DNA from: Longimicrobiales bacterium | Lineage (GTDB): Bacteria; Gemmatimonadota; Gemmatimonadetes; Longimicrobiales; Gaopeijiaceae | Assembly: GCA_041690395.1 (NCBI GenBank) | Contig: JAWLHJ010000003.1 | Location: forward strand, 608,001 to 672,000 | Length of the DNA stretch: 64,000 nucleotides | Direction of reading: 5' to 3' | Part shown: piece by piece, positions 20,560-30,062 of the stretch | Layout: each line of letters begins with the position of its first letter | Numbering within the stretch: position 1 is the stretch's first letter | The notes under the pieces: model-generated | What the model saw: only the letters and a program-made list of their open reading frames with translations | The model's database searches: none | What the model was told of the DNA's origin: nothing | Program-made: the position numbers and the translations under genes

Positions 20560-21878
20560 GCGCCGACGCCGCAGAAGCGCACGGCCGCCACGGCGAGCGT
20601 GCGTGCGACGGCCGCCAGGTCGTCGATGGCGACCCACTCGTCCGGACGGTGCGCCCGCCGGATGTCTCCCGGACCGAACAGCACCGTGGGGGTCCCGCCG
20701 ACCATCGCCAGCGTGCCCATGTCCGCGCCGTAGGTCATCCCCTCGAGGGGCAGGTCGCGGCCGACCACCGCGCTCCCGGCGGACTGGACGGTAGCCACCA
20801 ACGGATGCTCCGGATCGGTTCGGGCGGCGGTGAAACGCCCGCCCCACCACGAAAGCTCGGGCGGATGGTCGCGAAGCCACGGATCGCCCCGGGCCGCTTC
20901 GGCCACGGCCCGTTCGAGCTCGCTGCGCGCGTCGGCCTCGTCTTCCCCCGGAGCGACACCGTAGCGCCCCTCGAAGGTCAGGTGGTCGGCGACGGACGAC
21001 GCCCAATCGCCGCCCCGGACCGTCCCGACGCAGATCGGGAACGGGAAGGCGTACGACGCGAACAGCGGATCACCTCCGAAACGGCGGTTCCGGTCCTCCT
21101 CGAGCCAGCGGATACCGGCCATGATCGTGGGCAACTTCTCGATCGCGTCGACCCCCTCCTCCCGCACCGCCCCGTGTGCCGCGAGCCCCCGGATACGCAC
21201 CCGGAAGTTCAGGCATCCGGCCTGGGCCGGCGCCACGGCGAGCCTCGTCGGCTCCATGACGATGGCGCCGTCGCCCCGGTATCCTCGGAGAACGGACGCC
21301 AGCGTGCCGAGGCCGCCGTCCTCCTCGCCCACGACGCTCTGCAGATGGACGTCGCCGGCCAGCCTGAGGCCCGTCGAGCGCACCGCGCGGAGGGCATAGA
21401 GGGCGGCTACCAGCGCGCCCTTCATGTCCAGCGCGCCACGCCCGTACAGGCGGCCCTCCCGGACCGTCCCGGAGAACGGCGGATCGGTCCAGAGCGCCTC
21501 GTCACCGGGCGGGACGACGTCCACGTGCCCGTTGAGGACGAGGGTGCGGCCGGGTCCGGACCCGCCGGGCGCCGGTTCCGCGCCCGGAGCCGCCTCACGC
21601 GTGCCCGGCAGTGTGCCCACCAACCCGATCGCTTCGTCGCGCTCCAACTCGGCGCTGAACGACGGGTGGCGGGAGAGCTCCTCGAGATCGATCGTCCAGC
21701 GGTCCACCTCCAGGCCGGAGTCGGCCATCGTGGCGGCCATGAAGTCCTGAGCCGCCGTCTCCCGCCCGTTCCAGCTCGGAATCCGGACGAGCTCCTGAGC
21801 GGCTCGGACGAGCCCATTGACGTCCACCGCGTCCGCGACGTCGCGCTCGAGGTCGGTGAGGTCGGACGCGTCGCTCAT
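20556..21878 (-). CDS. ArgE/DapE family M20 deacylase
   Basis: [30 protein letters not shown]. Confidence 0.92.
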   Translation of the reverse strand: MSDASDLTDLERDVADAVDVNGLVRAAQELVRIPSWNGRETAAQDFMAATMADSGLEVDRWTIDLEELSRHPSFSAELERDEAIGLVGTLPGTREAAPGAEPAPGGSGPGRTLVLNGHVDVVPPGDEALWTDPPFSGTVREGRLYGRGALDMKGALVAALYALRAVRSTGLRLAGDVHLQSVVGEEDGGLGTLASVLRGYRGDGAIVMEPTRLAVAPAQAGCLNFRVRIRGLAAHGAVREEGVDAIEKLPTIMAGIRWLEEDRNRRFGGDPLFASYAFPFPICVGTVRGGDWASSVADHLTFEGRYGVAPGEDEADARSELERAVAEAARGDPWLRDHPPELSWWGGRFTAARTDPEHPLVATVQSAGSAVVGRDLPLEGMTYGADMGTLAMVGGTPTVLFGPGDIRRAHRPDEWVAIDDLAAVARTLAVAAVRFCGVGA

Positions 21879-23056
21879 CCCCGGGCTAGAGCCTGCTCCA
21901 GGTCCGCGATGAGATCCTCCGGGTCCTCGATACCGACCGAATAGCGCACCAACCCCTCGGGGATGCCCAACTCGGCCCGTTCCTCGGGGGTGCATTCGAC
22001 GTGGCTCGTGGTCGCGGGCGTGCCGGCGACGGTCTCGACCGCGCCCAGATTCGCGGCCAGGTGCGCCCACCGGAGTGCCGGCAGGAAACGTTTGACGGCC
22101 TCCAGGCCGCCATCGAGCGAGAAGCTCAACATGCCGCCGAACGCCCGCATCTGCCTCCGCGCCACGGCGTGCCCGGGGTGCGTCTCGAGGCCCGGATAAT
22201 GCACGGCGTCCACGCCCTCGGCATCCCGCAGCCACGTCGCGATCCGCATCGCGGAGGCGGACTGGCGCTCAACCCGCAGCGCCAGCGTCTTGAGGCCGCG
22301 GAGTAGCAGGTACGCCGCTTCCGGGTGCAGGCTCGCCCCGGCGATCTCGCGATGGCGGAAGACCTTCCGGACCAGGTCGGCGTCGCCGCAGAGCACGCCT
22401 CCGAGCGCGTCCGCGTGCCCGCCGAGGAACTTCGTGGCGGAATGGACGACGAGGTGCGCGCCCAACTCCAGCGGAGACTGGTTGAGTGGGGTGGCGAACG
22501 TATTGTCGACCACGACCGTCGCGCCCGCGGCGCGGCCCGCCGCCGCCAACCGGGCGAGATCGACCACCTTGAGCGTGGGGTTGGTCGGCGTCTCCAGGTA
22601 GAGGAGATCGCACCCGCCGGCGATCTCCGCCTCGATGGCGTCGTCGTCGGTCTCGGCGAGCGCCACGTCCACACCCCACTCCGGGAGGTGCCGGGTCAGC
22701 AGGACGCTCGTGCCCCCGTAGGTGTCCTTCTGCGACACGACCCGCGATCCGGGTCGGAGGAACGTCTGGAAGACATTGGAGATCGCGGCCATGCCCGTCG
22801 CGAACGACGTTGCCGCCTCCGCCGCCTCGAGCGCGCGGACCTTCTCCTCGAAGGCGGCCACGGTCGGGTTCGTGTTCCGGCCGTAGATGTGCCCCTCGCG
22901 CTCTCCCCGCGCCACGGCGACCCAGGCGTCGACGTCCCGGTACCCGAACGATACGGACGGCACGACCGGAACCTGGGTCGGCGCGCCGGGAGCGCGGCTC
23001 TCCTCCCCGGCCCAGACCGACAGCGTGGCCGGGCCGGGACGGCCTCTCCCCTCCAC
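21875..23056 (-). CDS. Cystathionine gamma-synthase/lyase family PLP enzyme
   Basis: [40 protein letters not shown]. Confidence 0.92.
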   Translation of the reverse strand: MEGRGRPGPATLSVWAGEESRAPGAPTQVPVVPSVSFGYRDVDAWVAVARGEREGHIYGRNTNPTVAAFEEKVRALEAAEAATSFATGMAAISNVFQTFLRPGSRVVSQKDTYGGTSVLLTRHLPEWGVDVALAETDDDAIEAEIAGGCDLLYLETPTNPTLKVVDLARLAAAGRAAGATVVVDNTFATPLNQSPLELGAHLVVHSATKFLGGHADALGGVLCGDADLVRKVFRHREIAGASLHPEAAYLLLRGLKTLALRVERQSASAMRIATWLRDAEGVDAVHYPGLETHPGHAVARRQMRAFGGMLSFSLDGGLEAVKRFLPALRWAHLAANLGAVETVAGTPATTSHVECTPEERAELGIPEGLVRYSVGIEDPEDLIADLEQALARG

Positions 23057-23061
23057 GGGCG

Positions 23062-25695
23062 TCAGCTTCCCACCAGCGCGTTGAAGAGGAACTTGAAGGT
23101 CCCGTGCGTCTGGGCCCTGTGCTGCGTGCGGAAGCCGATCATGAGGATCTCGCCCTCACCGTGATCGATGTGCAGCATGGCCGCCCTTCCCGCGATCAGG
23201 TCCTCGCCGTCGAGCTGGCCGCTCTGGAGCACATCGTCCCGCCAGTACGACGCCACCCGGCGCACCCGCTCCCCGTCCGAGGAGCGCTCCACCTCGTAGA
23301 CCTGGTTGTCCCCGAAGAACACGACCCAGGCATCGTCCGGCATGCCCCACGCCATCGGATGATCGGTCTCCACGTCGACCCGCAGCGTCGAGCCGTATGC
23401 CCAGAACTCGGAGTTCGGCACGTCGGCGACGACGTTGCGAATCGGCACGTCGAAGCCGTCCAGGACGAGGTCACCAGCCTGGGCGAACGTCACGAGTCGT
23501 CCGCCCCCTCGCACGAAGGCCTCGAGCGCCTCGACACCGGCCTCCCCGAATCCGCTCCGGTATTCGGGCGGCATGGAGGTCATCTGCTCCTCGTCGTCGG
23601 AGCCCATCAGCGTCTCCAGATCGTCGTCAGGCACGATCAGGACGTCGATCCGGTCCGCGAGCCGCCCGGAGAGCACGTCGGCGTCCATGATCGTGTCGTA
23701 CGGGAAGCCGAAGTCCTCGATCATGAGCCGGGTCCACCCCTCGTCCATGTTGCCGCCCCAGTACCGCTGGAACATGCCCACGCGGAGGCGCGCGGCCTCC
23801 GGCGCGTACTCGTCGCCCGCGTCGACGTTCATGGCCAGGAAGTCGACACCGGTCTCACCGGCGATCCGCGAGGCCACCGCGTCGGACACGTCGGGCACCC
23901 AGAAGTCGCCGGCCGCGTGCGGCCCGTGGTCGCTCACGAACCGGTGCACGGTGACGCCCTCGTCCCAGAGCATGTTCACCGCATGGAAAGCGTCGTTGAG
24001 GTTGCCGGGGATGTGGAAGCCCTCGCTCCCCCGGGTCACCTCGCCCGTCGGGTCGGGGCGCGTCGCCACCAGGTCGAGTGCCGCCTCGACCTCGCCGCCC
24101 GCGGGATGGACCTCCACGCCCATGAACTCCGCGAGCACGTCGGCGCTCATGTCGTACGGGCGGATCGGGCTGCCGTCGGGGTTCCGCGTGTAGCTGTTCT
24201 GCGGATAGAACGTCCGGCCCAGCAGGTAGCGGATGACCCCCTGCTTCGGCTGCGCCATGGACACGACCCACGAGCCCGCCGGATAGAAGCGGCCCTCGTG
24301 CACGAAGTCCTCCGACGACCGATGCACGTCGACGCCCTGGAGGAGCAGCTTGTCCACGAGCTTGGTCGCGGTGAGCGGGTCGTGCTGGTCCGCCGAGATC
24401 AGGTAGACCCGGGTCTCGGCCTCGGCGCCCCGCCGCGTCTGGGCGAGCGCCTTGCGCGCCGTGTTGCGCAGCTGGAGCTCCCGGTTCCGCGCCGCGATGT
24501 CCAGCGAGGCGAAGGTCGCGATGTTGATGTTGGTGACGATGTCGCGCGTGCTCCACCACCCGCCCGGCCAGGGGCTCGGGAAGGTGGTCTGCTCCTCGTA
24601 CTCCGGGAGCTGGCGCGATCCGGTGAGCTGCTCCGGATGCACGTAGATGGGCGAGGCCATGTCCGCGCTCGCCGACTCCGTCAGCATGCCGGCGATGTTG
24701 TGGAACGGCGTGATCCAGTGGAAGCCGAAGTGGCCCCAACCGGAGTAGATCGCCGCGCCGATCACCCCCTGGCGCCCCTCTTCCTCGAGGCGGTACCCCA
24801 TGTGCGCACCGTACCAGTCCATCTCGCGCCACACCAGCGGGTCGGCACCGGGCCGCACCGGCTCCGCATAGGGCGGGATGTACATGCGGGCGGTATAGCC
24901 GCCCATCTGGTGATGATCGATGAAGGCCTGCGGTATCCAGTCCCGGAACAGGATCTCCGCGCCGTACTGCGACTCGACCGTGGCCTGCATGAACGCGTCA
25001 CGGTTGTTGTCGTGCCCGATGTAGTGATGATAGAGCTCGGGAGGGCGCGTCGTCTCGTACTCGGTGCCGACCTGCTGCCGGTACCAGTCGGTGACGATGT
25101 GGTTGCCGTCCGGATTGAACATCGGGATCTGGATGGCCACCGTCTCGTCGAGGATGCGCATCATCTCCTCGTCGTCGCGCGTCGCCATCTCGTAGAGGAT
25201 CTCGACCGACGCCTGACTCGGCGCCACCTCGGTCGAGTGCAGCCCGTACGACTGGACGAGAACGACCTTGCCCCGCTCCACAGCGTCGTCGATCTCGGCC
25301 TGGCTCCGGCCGCGCGGGTCCTGCAGGAGCGCGTTCAGCCGCTGGATCTCGTCGAGGTTCGCCAGGTTCTCGGGGCTCGAGACGAAAATCACCAGGAACG
25401 GGAGCCCCCGGGTGGACGTGCCCACGTCACGGACCTCGATCCGGTCGCTCCGCTCGCCGATCATCTCGTAGTACGGAAGCATCTCGTCCCACCGCACCAG
25501 CTGCCGGTCTGCGCCCATCACGTGGCCGAAGTACTCCTCGGGCGACGGGATGGCCTGCGCGGCCGCGGACGCGACCGTGGCCAGGCTCAGCGCGACGGCC
25601 AGCGCCAGCACGGAAGCCGAGCGCAGGGTATCAGCCGCGCCTCGCTGCAGCGGTCGGAGAAGTCGGTTTCGTAGGGCCCTGGGGCTCGAAATCAT
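23062..25695 (-). CDS. Secreted M14 zinc carboxypeptidase with C-terminal GATase-like domain
   Basis: Signal peptide, LHSTE, NPDG, DNNRD, DHHQMG; start is uncertain. Confidence 0.85.
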   Translation of the reverse strand: MISSPRALRNRLLRPLQRGAADTLRSASVLALAVALSLATVASAAAQAIPSPEEYFGHVMGADRQLVRWDEMLPYYEMIGERSDRIEVRDVGTSTRGLPFLVIFVSSPENLANLDEIQRLNALLQDPRGRSQAEIDDAVERGKVVLVQSYGLHSTEVAPSQASVEILYEMATRDDEEMMRILDETVAIQIPMFNPDGNHIVTDWYRQQVGTEYETTRPPELYHHYIGHDNNRDAFMQATVESQYGAEILFRDWIPQAFIDHHQMGGYTARMYIPPYAEPVRPGADPLVWREMDWYGAHMGYRLEEEGRQGVIGAAIYSGWGHFGFHWITPFHNIAGMLTESASADMASPIYVHPEQLTGSRQLPEYEEQTTFPSPWPGGWWSTRDIVTNINIATFASLDIAARNRELQLRNTARKALAQTRRGAEAETRVYLISADQHDPLTATKLVDKLLLQGVDVHRSSEDFVHEGRFYPAGSWVVSMAQPKQGVIRYLLGRTFYPQNSYTRNPDGSPIRPYDMSADVLAEFMGVEVHPAGGEVEAALDLVATRPDPTGEVTRGSEGFHIPGNLNDAFHAVNMLWDEGVTVHRFVSDHGPHAAGDFWVPDVSDAVASRIAGETGVDFLAMNVDAGDEYAPEAARLRVGMFQRYWGGNMDEGWTRLMIEDFGFPYDTIMDADVLSGRLADRIDVLIVPDDDLETLMGSDDEEQMTSMPPEYRSGFGEAGVEALEAFVRGGGRLVTFAQAGDLVLDGFDVPIRNVVADVPNSEFWAYGSTLRVDVETDHPMAWGMPDDAWVVFFGDNQVYEVERSSDGERVRRVASYWRDDVLQSGQLDGEDLIAGRAAMLHIDHGEGEILMIGFRTQHRAQTHGTFKFLFNALVGS

Positions 25696-25799
25696 GGAGG
25701 TACTCCGCGATCGGTCTGGGGTTGAGGTCCCTTCGGGATAACGTCTTCGGCCCACGGATCGCAAGTGGCGCGCTTGTGCTTCGCGCCGATTCCGGACAT

Positions 25800-25837
25800 G
25801 AGAAAGCCCCGCGGACCAGGTGGCCCGCGGGGCTCTC
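25800..25837 (-). terminator. Terminator downstream of tRNA-Asn
   Basis: GAGAGCCCCGCGG...CCGCGGGGCTTTCTC. Confidence 0.75.
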
Positions 25838-25843
25838 GCATTA

Positions 25844-25916
25844 CTGGGGCGGGAGGGTTCGAACCTCCAACCTCCTGGTTAACAGCCAGGCGCTCTGCCG
25901 GTTGAGCTACACCCCA
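25844..25916 (-). tRNA. tRNA-Asn (GTT), CCA not encoded
   Basis: Cloverleaf with acceptor TGGGGTG/CGCCCCA-G, anticodon arm CCTGG-CTGTTAA-CCAGG, T-loop GTTCGAA and U1:A72 pair. Confidence 0.97.
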
Positions 25917-25973
25917 TACGCTTGGCGGGTTCGTGCCGATGACCCCCGCCGATCGACACTCCCCCACCAACGC

Positions 25974-26007
25974 AAAACGGCCGCGATCCCCTGGGGACCG
26001 CGGCCGT
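25974..26007 (-). terminator. Attenuator terminator upstream of tRNA-Asn
   Basis: ACGGCCGCGGTCCC-CAG-GGGATCGCGGCCGT followed by TTTGCGTT. Confidence 0.75.
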
Positions 26008-26030
26008 CTCGTCGTTCCGATTTCGTTCGG

Positions 26031-26108
26031 CTACGCGAGTCCGCGGTCGCAGTCCCCATTGGGATTGCGATTCATATTCGGATTCGAGTTGCCGCGCGTG
26101 TTGTTCAT
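26031..26108 (-). CDS. Asn-rich leader peptide (MNNTRGNSNPNMNRNPNGDCDRGLA)
   Basis: 8 Asn in the first 17 codons (3 AAC, 5 AAT); ATG lies 6 nt after the -10 element. Confidence 0.78.
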   Translation of the reverse strand: MNNTRGNSNPNMNRNPNGDCDRGLA

Positions 26109-26114
26109 GCACCG

Positions 26115-26143
26115 ATTATCACGAGGAGGGTCCGATCCGTCAA
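26115..26143 (-). promoter_or_regulatory. sigma70-type promoter giving a leaderless transcript of the Asn leader and tRNA-Asn
   Basis: TTGACG-17nt-GATAAT-CGGTGC-ATG. Confidence 0.75.
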
Positions 26144-26152
26144 GCCGTCTCT

Positions 26153-27133
26153 CTATCCGCCCGTCTGGGACAGCGCCACGAGCCCACCCGACCCGACCGC
26201 GCTCCCCTGGACCAGATGGTGCCGCTCGGGCTTCACCCGCAGCGTCTCCTCGATCAGCGGGCGGATGTCGTCGCCGGCGCGGAGCGGGTCGCGGAGATTC
26301 GTCTGGAGCGACCCGAACAGGCACGGGCGTAGCTGCCCGTCGGCCGTGAGACGCATGCGGTTGCAGCGGTCGCAGTAGTTGTGGCTCATCGGGGTGATGA
26401 CACCGACGGTGCCGGGCGCTCCCGGGAAGCGATGATAGCGTGCGGGTCCGTTCCCGAACGGCCCGTCCACCGGCTCGAGCTGTTCGATGGCGCGCACCCG
26501 CCTGAGCGCCTCGGCGCACGACACGAAGCTTCCGGCGCTCAGGTCGAGGTTCGCCCCCGTCGGCATCATCTCGATGAAACGGATGTGCCAGGGTCGCTCA
26601 CGCGTGATCCGGGCGAAATCCTCGATCTCGTCGTCGTTCTGACCCCGGATGAGCACGACGTTGATCTTGATGGGCGCGAAGCCCGCTTCCTCGGCGGCCC
26701 GGAGCCCGTCCATGATCTTGGGATACGAGCCCGGACGCCGCGCGATCTCGTCGACGCGGTCGGGCCGGAGCGAGTCGAGGGACACGTTCAGCCGGTGGAC
26801 GCCCGCGGCGCGTAGCGCGTCGGCGTGCTCCGCGAGCAGCACCGCGTTCGTCGACAGCGAGAGATCCTCGATCCCCGGCACCCTGGACAACATGGCCGCC
26901 AGCTCCGGAAGGTCGCGGCGCACCAGCGGCTCGCCCCCCGTGATCCGAACCCGCTTGAGCCCCATGCCGGCCATCGTGCGCACGATCCGCTCGATCTCCT
27001 CGTAGCTCAGGAGCGCTTCGCGCTTCAACCAGGGCAGCCCTTCCATGGGCATGCAGTACACGCAGCGGAGGTTGCACTTGTCGGTGACCGAGATCCTCAG
27101 GTACTCGACGCGGCGTCCGAACTGGTCGATCAC
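26153..27133 (-). CDS. moaA: GTP 3',8-cyclase (Moco biosynthesis)
   Basis: YLRISVTDKCNLRCVYCMP, CDRCNRMR...PCL, C-terminal GG. Confidence 0.97.
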   Translation of the reverse strand: MIDQFGRRVEYLRISVTDKCNLRCVYCMPMEGLPWLKREALLSYEEIERIVRTMAGMGLKRVRITGGEPLVRRDLPELAAMLSRVPGIEDLSLSTNAVLLAEHADALRAAGVHRLNVSLDSLRPDRVDEIARRPGSYPKIMDGLRAAEEAGFAPIKINVVLIRGQNDDEIEDFARITRERPWHIRFIEMMPTGANLDLSAGSFVSCAEALRRVRAIEQLEPVDGPFGNGPARYHRFPGAPGTVGVITPMSHNYCDRCNRMRLTADGQLRPCLFGSLQTNLRDPLRAGDDIRPLIEETLRVKPERHHLVQGSAVGSGGLVALSQTGG

Positions 27134-27600
27134 GATGCGTCTCCCGTCGTCGCGGTCGCGGACGCTCCGCCGGATCCCGGCGGCGCGGTCCCCTCGACCC
27201 AGCTCGCCTCGCCGTCCACATAGCGCTCCTTCTTCCACACCGGAAGGCGCTTCTTGATCTCCTCGATGACGTACCGGGACGCCTCGTACGACTCGGCCCG
27301 GTGGGGGCTCGACACCGCGATCGCGACACTCACCTCGCCGATGGCCAGCTCGCCGGTGCGGTGCACCACGGAGAGCCGGTCGGTCCCGAGCGTCTCCGCG
27401 GCCTCGCCGGCGATCTCACGCAAGACGCCGCTCGCCATGGCCTCGTACGCCTCGTAGTGCATGCCCCGCACGGAGCGGCCGTCCGCGTGGTTCCGTACGA
27501 CGCCCAGGAACAGCAGCACCGCCCCGTCCTCGTCGGAGCCGACGTGGGCGAGGACCCGCTCCGGGTCGATGGGGTCGGATTGCACGACGGCGCGCACCAC
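27130..27600 (-). CDS. moaE: Molybdopterin synthase catalytic subunit
   Basis: FLGVVRNH, YEAY, HRTG, SPHR, PVWKKE. Confidence 0.95.
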   Translation of the reverse strand: MVRAVVQSDPIDPERVLAHVGSDEDGAVLLFLGVVRNHADGRSVRGMHYEAYEAMASGVLREIAGEAAETLGTDRLSVVHRTGELAIGEVSVAIAVSSPHRAESYEASRYVIEEIKKRLPVWKKERYVDGEASWVEGTAPPGSGGASATATTGDAS

Positions 27601-27603
27601 GGC

Positions 27604-27855
27604 TCAGCCCCCCGCCACCGGAGGTATGAACGCGACCTCGTCGCCGGCCGACAGACGCTCGTCGGGTCCCGCGTAGGTCTGGTTCACGGCGACGGCCGGC
27701 TGCTCGGGGAGCCCGTCGAAAGGCGCTCCGCGGTCCCGGAGGCTTCGCACCAGATCCCGCACGGTCGCGTCCGGCGCCACCTCCACGGACAGCTCGGACG
27801 TGCCGAGCAGGTCACGGTAGGCGGCGAAGAACAGCGTTCGGACGGAAAGGGACAT
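27604..27855 (-). CDS. moaD: Molybdopterin synthase sulfur carrier
   Basis: 83 aa ending AFIPPVAGG. Confidence 0.94.
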   Translation of the reverse strand: MSLSVRTLFFAAYRDLLGTSELSVEVAPDATVRDLVRSLRDRGAPFDGLPEQPAVAVNQTYAGPDERLSAGDEVAFIPPVAGG

Positions 27856-27945
27856 GTGGCCCGGGCGGATGGAGGGTCGCGGTGCGGCCGACCGGCGCCG
27901 TGATCACGCCGGTCACCTTCAGAGTGAGGGACCCCGAACCGGCGG

Positions 27946-28527
27946 TCAACGTTCCGCCGCGCCGCCCTTCCCGGAATGTCCGGACGATTCCCCACCGGGC
28001 CGCCTCCGCCTTTCGTCCTCCCCACCCCGGTTCCGGATGGCCCGGATGCGTCGCCCGATCTCGACCCTCAACTCGTACAGCTGCAGAACCTGGGCGGGCG
28101 ACAGAACCTCCTGGAGACGTGCCTGCTCCTCACGGACGAGCTCGGCCTCACGGAGCCGGAGCGCCACGAAGTGCTCGAGTAGCGCGGCCGAGGCGGAGTC
28201 GTCCGGCGTCTCGGCGGCGAGGAGCTCCTCCGCGCGTTCTTTGGCCTCCCGCTCCTCCCGCGCCAAGGCGTGACGCCTGACCTCGTACTCCCGTGCGATG
28301 GCCGACAACTCTTCGGCCTCCTCCTCCGTCAATCCCAACCGGTGCTGGATGATCTCGCCCATCCGGGCCCGTATCCGCTCCTCGAGCCGCGACCGGTCCT
28401 GCCCCTCCCTGGGCCGATCCGGCGTGCGCTGAGCCGACAGCGGGACGGAGGACGCGGCGAGCATGAGCGCTCCGGCCAGCACGAGAAGCCGGGTCGTCGA
28501 GCGGCCCACGTTCGAGCCGCGCGTCAT
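27946..28527 (-). CDS. Periplasmic Spy/CpxP-like helical protein
   Basis: Signal peptide, LGLTEEE and VLSPAQ motifs; third gene of the ECF operon. Confidence 0.6.
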   Translation of the reverse strand: MTRGSNVGRSTTRLLVLAGALMLAASSVPLSAQRTPDRPREGQDRSRLEERIRARMGEIIQHRLGLTEEEAEELSAIAREYEVRRHALAREEREAKERAEELLAAETPDDSASAALLEHFVALRLREAELVREEQARLQEVLSPAQVLQLYELRVEIGRRIRAIRNRGGEDERRRRPGGESSGHSGKGGAAER

Positions 28528-28994
28528 GAGCCACCACCTACGTCGGCGAGATCCGCGAGCAGCGCTTCGAGCGCGTCGTCGGAGAGATCCTCGAGCACGA
28601 CGGAGCCGGCGACCGTGCCTTCCCCGAGTACCCAGGGCCAGCCCTCCTCGACCTCCATCGCGAACGCAGGGGCGACAACGCCGACGCCGTCGCCGGACGT
28701 GAGCCCGATCCCCAGCGCCAGAGCGGCCACGGCGGCCGCGGCCATCGCCCACCAGGGACGATGGACAGCCTGCCGGTCGAACGCCACGGCGCGCCGGACC
28801 CGCGTCGCCAGGTCGTCGGCCGTCGTCGGTCGGGACTCGAGAAGCGCGCGCACCAACGCCAGCTCTGCGTCGCACTCCGCGCAACTCGCGACGTGCGCCT
28901 CGAGCCGGACGCGCGCGTCGCCGGCGAGAAGTCCGTGCACGAGCTCGGGAATCGCTTCCCTCACCACACCGCAATCGATCGCATTCATGTTCAT
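28524..28994 (-). CDS. Zinc-binding (zf-HC2) anti-sigma factor
   Basis: HVASCAEC motif plus one TM helix. Confidence 0.88.
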   Translation of the reverse strand: MNMNAIDCGVVREAIPELVHGLLAGDARVRLEAHVASCAECDAELALVRALLESRPTTADDLATRVRRAVAFDRQAVHRPWWAMAAAAVAALALGIGLTSGDGVGVVAPAFAMEVEEGWPWVLGEGTVAGSVVLEDLSDDALEALLADLADVGGGS

Positions 28995-29548
28995 CGCATC
29001 AGCTCCCTCAGGCGCCGGATGCCGTGGAAATAGTTCACCCTCGCCGCCCCTTCGCTCGATCCGGTGATCTCTCCGATCTCCCGGAAGCTGAGCCCCTCCT
29101 CGGTCCGCAGCGCGACGGAAAGCCGCTGCTTCTCGGGTAGCGTGCCCAACGCGGCCCGGGCGCGCCGGGCCTGGTCGTTCATGGTGGCCCTCTCGGCCGG
29201 ATCGGGGTGGTCGGTCACGACTTCCGCCGCGTCCTCGAGAGAGGTCTCGCCCCGACGCCCGGCCTTCCTGAGCGCACCCTTTGCCTCGTTCGCGGTGATG
29301 CGGAGGAGCCAGGTGCGGAACGAAGCGTCACCCCGGAAGCCGTCGAGCGCCCGCATCGCCTTCACGAACGCATCCTGAACGACGTCCTCGGCCGCCCCGG
29401 GCTCGCGCAGATAGGAGAGCGCGAGCCGGTAGGCACCGTCCTGGTGACGCCGGACCAGAGCGTCGAGCGCCCCGTCATCGCCTTGTTGAGCACGCCGGAC
29501 CAACTCCGTGTCGGGAATCTCCGAACCACCCCGCTCATCGTCATTCAC
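28991..29548 (-). CDS. ECF RNA polymerase sigma factor
   Basis: AEDVVQDAF, FRTWLLRI, LSFREIG. Confidence 0.94.
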   Translation of the reverse strand: MNDDERGGSEIPDTELVRRAQQGDDGALDALVRRHQDGAYRLALSYLREPGAAEDVVQDAFVKAMRALDGFRGDASFRTWLLRITANEAKGALRKAGRRGETSLEDAAEVVTDHPDPAERATMNDQARRARAALGTLPEKQRLSVALRTEEGLSFREIGEITGSSEGAARVNYFHGIRRLRELMR

Positions 29549-29554
29549 CGATGA

Positions 29555-29583
29555 TCAGACGCTCGAAGGGGTCGATCCGTTAG
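29555..29583 (-). promoter_or_regulatory. Putative autoregulatory ECF promoter
   Basis: CTAAC-17nt-CGTCTGA, 6 nt before the GTG start. Confidence 0.45.
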
Positions 29584-29669
29584 GTGCGATCCGGAAGATG
29601 CTCCGACAACCCGCGCGTGTGGCACGGCCCGCAACCGTTCCTGGCGCGGTCAGGCCCGGTGGCCGGGCA

Positions 29670-29969
29670 TCACACCTTGGGCTTGTCGAGCTTCTCGACG
29701 CGCGCGCGGAGGTGCTTGGACGGCTTGAACACCGGAACGGAGCGGGAGGGAACCTCGACCTGCTCCCCGGTGCGTGGATTACGGGCCATGCGTGTCTTGC
29801 GCTTCCGGACCTTGAAGGTCCCGAACCCGCGGATCTCGATGTTCTCGCCCTGGGCCAGAGCGAGCTTCACCGCGTTGAGGAAGCCGTCGACGACGAGCGC
29901 GCAGTCCTTCTTGGTGATTCCTGGGCCAATGGCTTCGGTCACCTGTTCGACCAGGTCCGCCTTCGTCAT
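29670..29969 (-). CDS. HU/IHF family DNA-binding protein
   Basis: MTKADLV, IEIRGFGTF, ARNPRTG, PVFKPSK. Confidence 0.95.
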   Translation of the reverse strand: MTKADLVEQVTEAIGPGITKKDCALVVDGFLNAVKLALAQGENIEIRGFGTFKVRKRKTRMARNPRTGEQVEVPSRSVPVFKPSKHLRARVEKLDKPKV

Positions 29970-30062
29970 GCTCCCTCCAGAGCGGGTTCTCAAACTAGAA
30001 AGGCGCCGTCCGAGGGTCGGACGGGCGTGCCAGGGTAACGGGCGCGATCTTTCGCCGCAAGA

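Noticed and set aside
25844..25916. tRNA-Asn as an integration site for a genomic island
   Set aside because: No integrase is present, and I saw no duplicated tRNA 3' end in the window.
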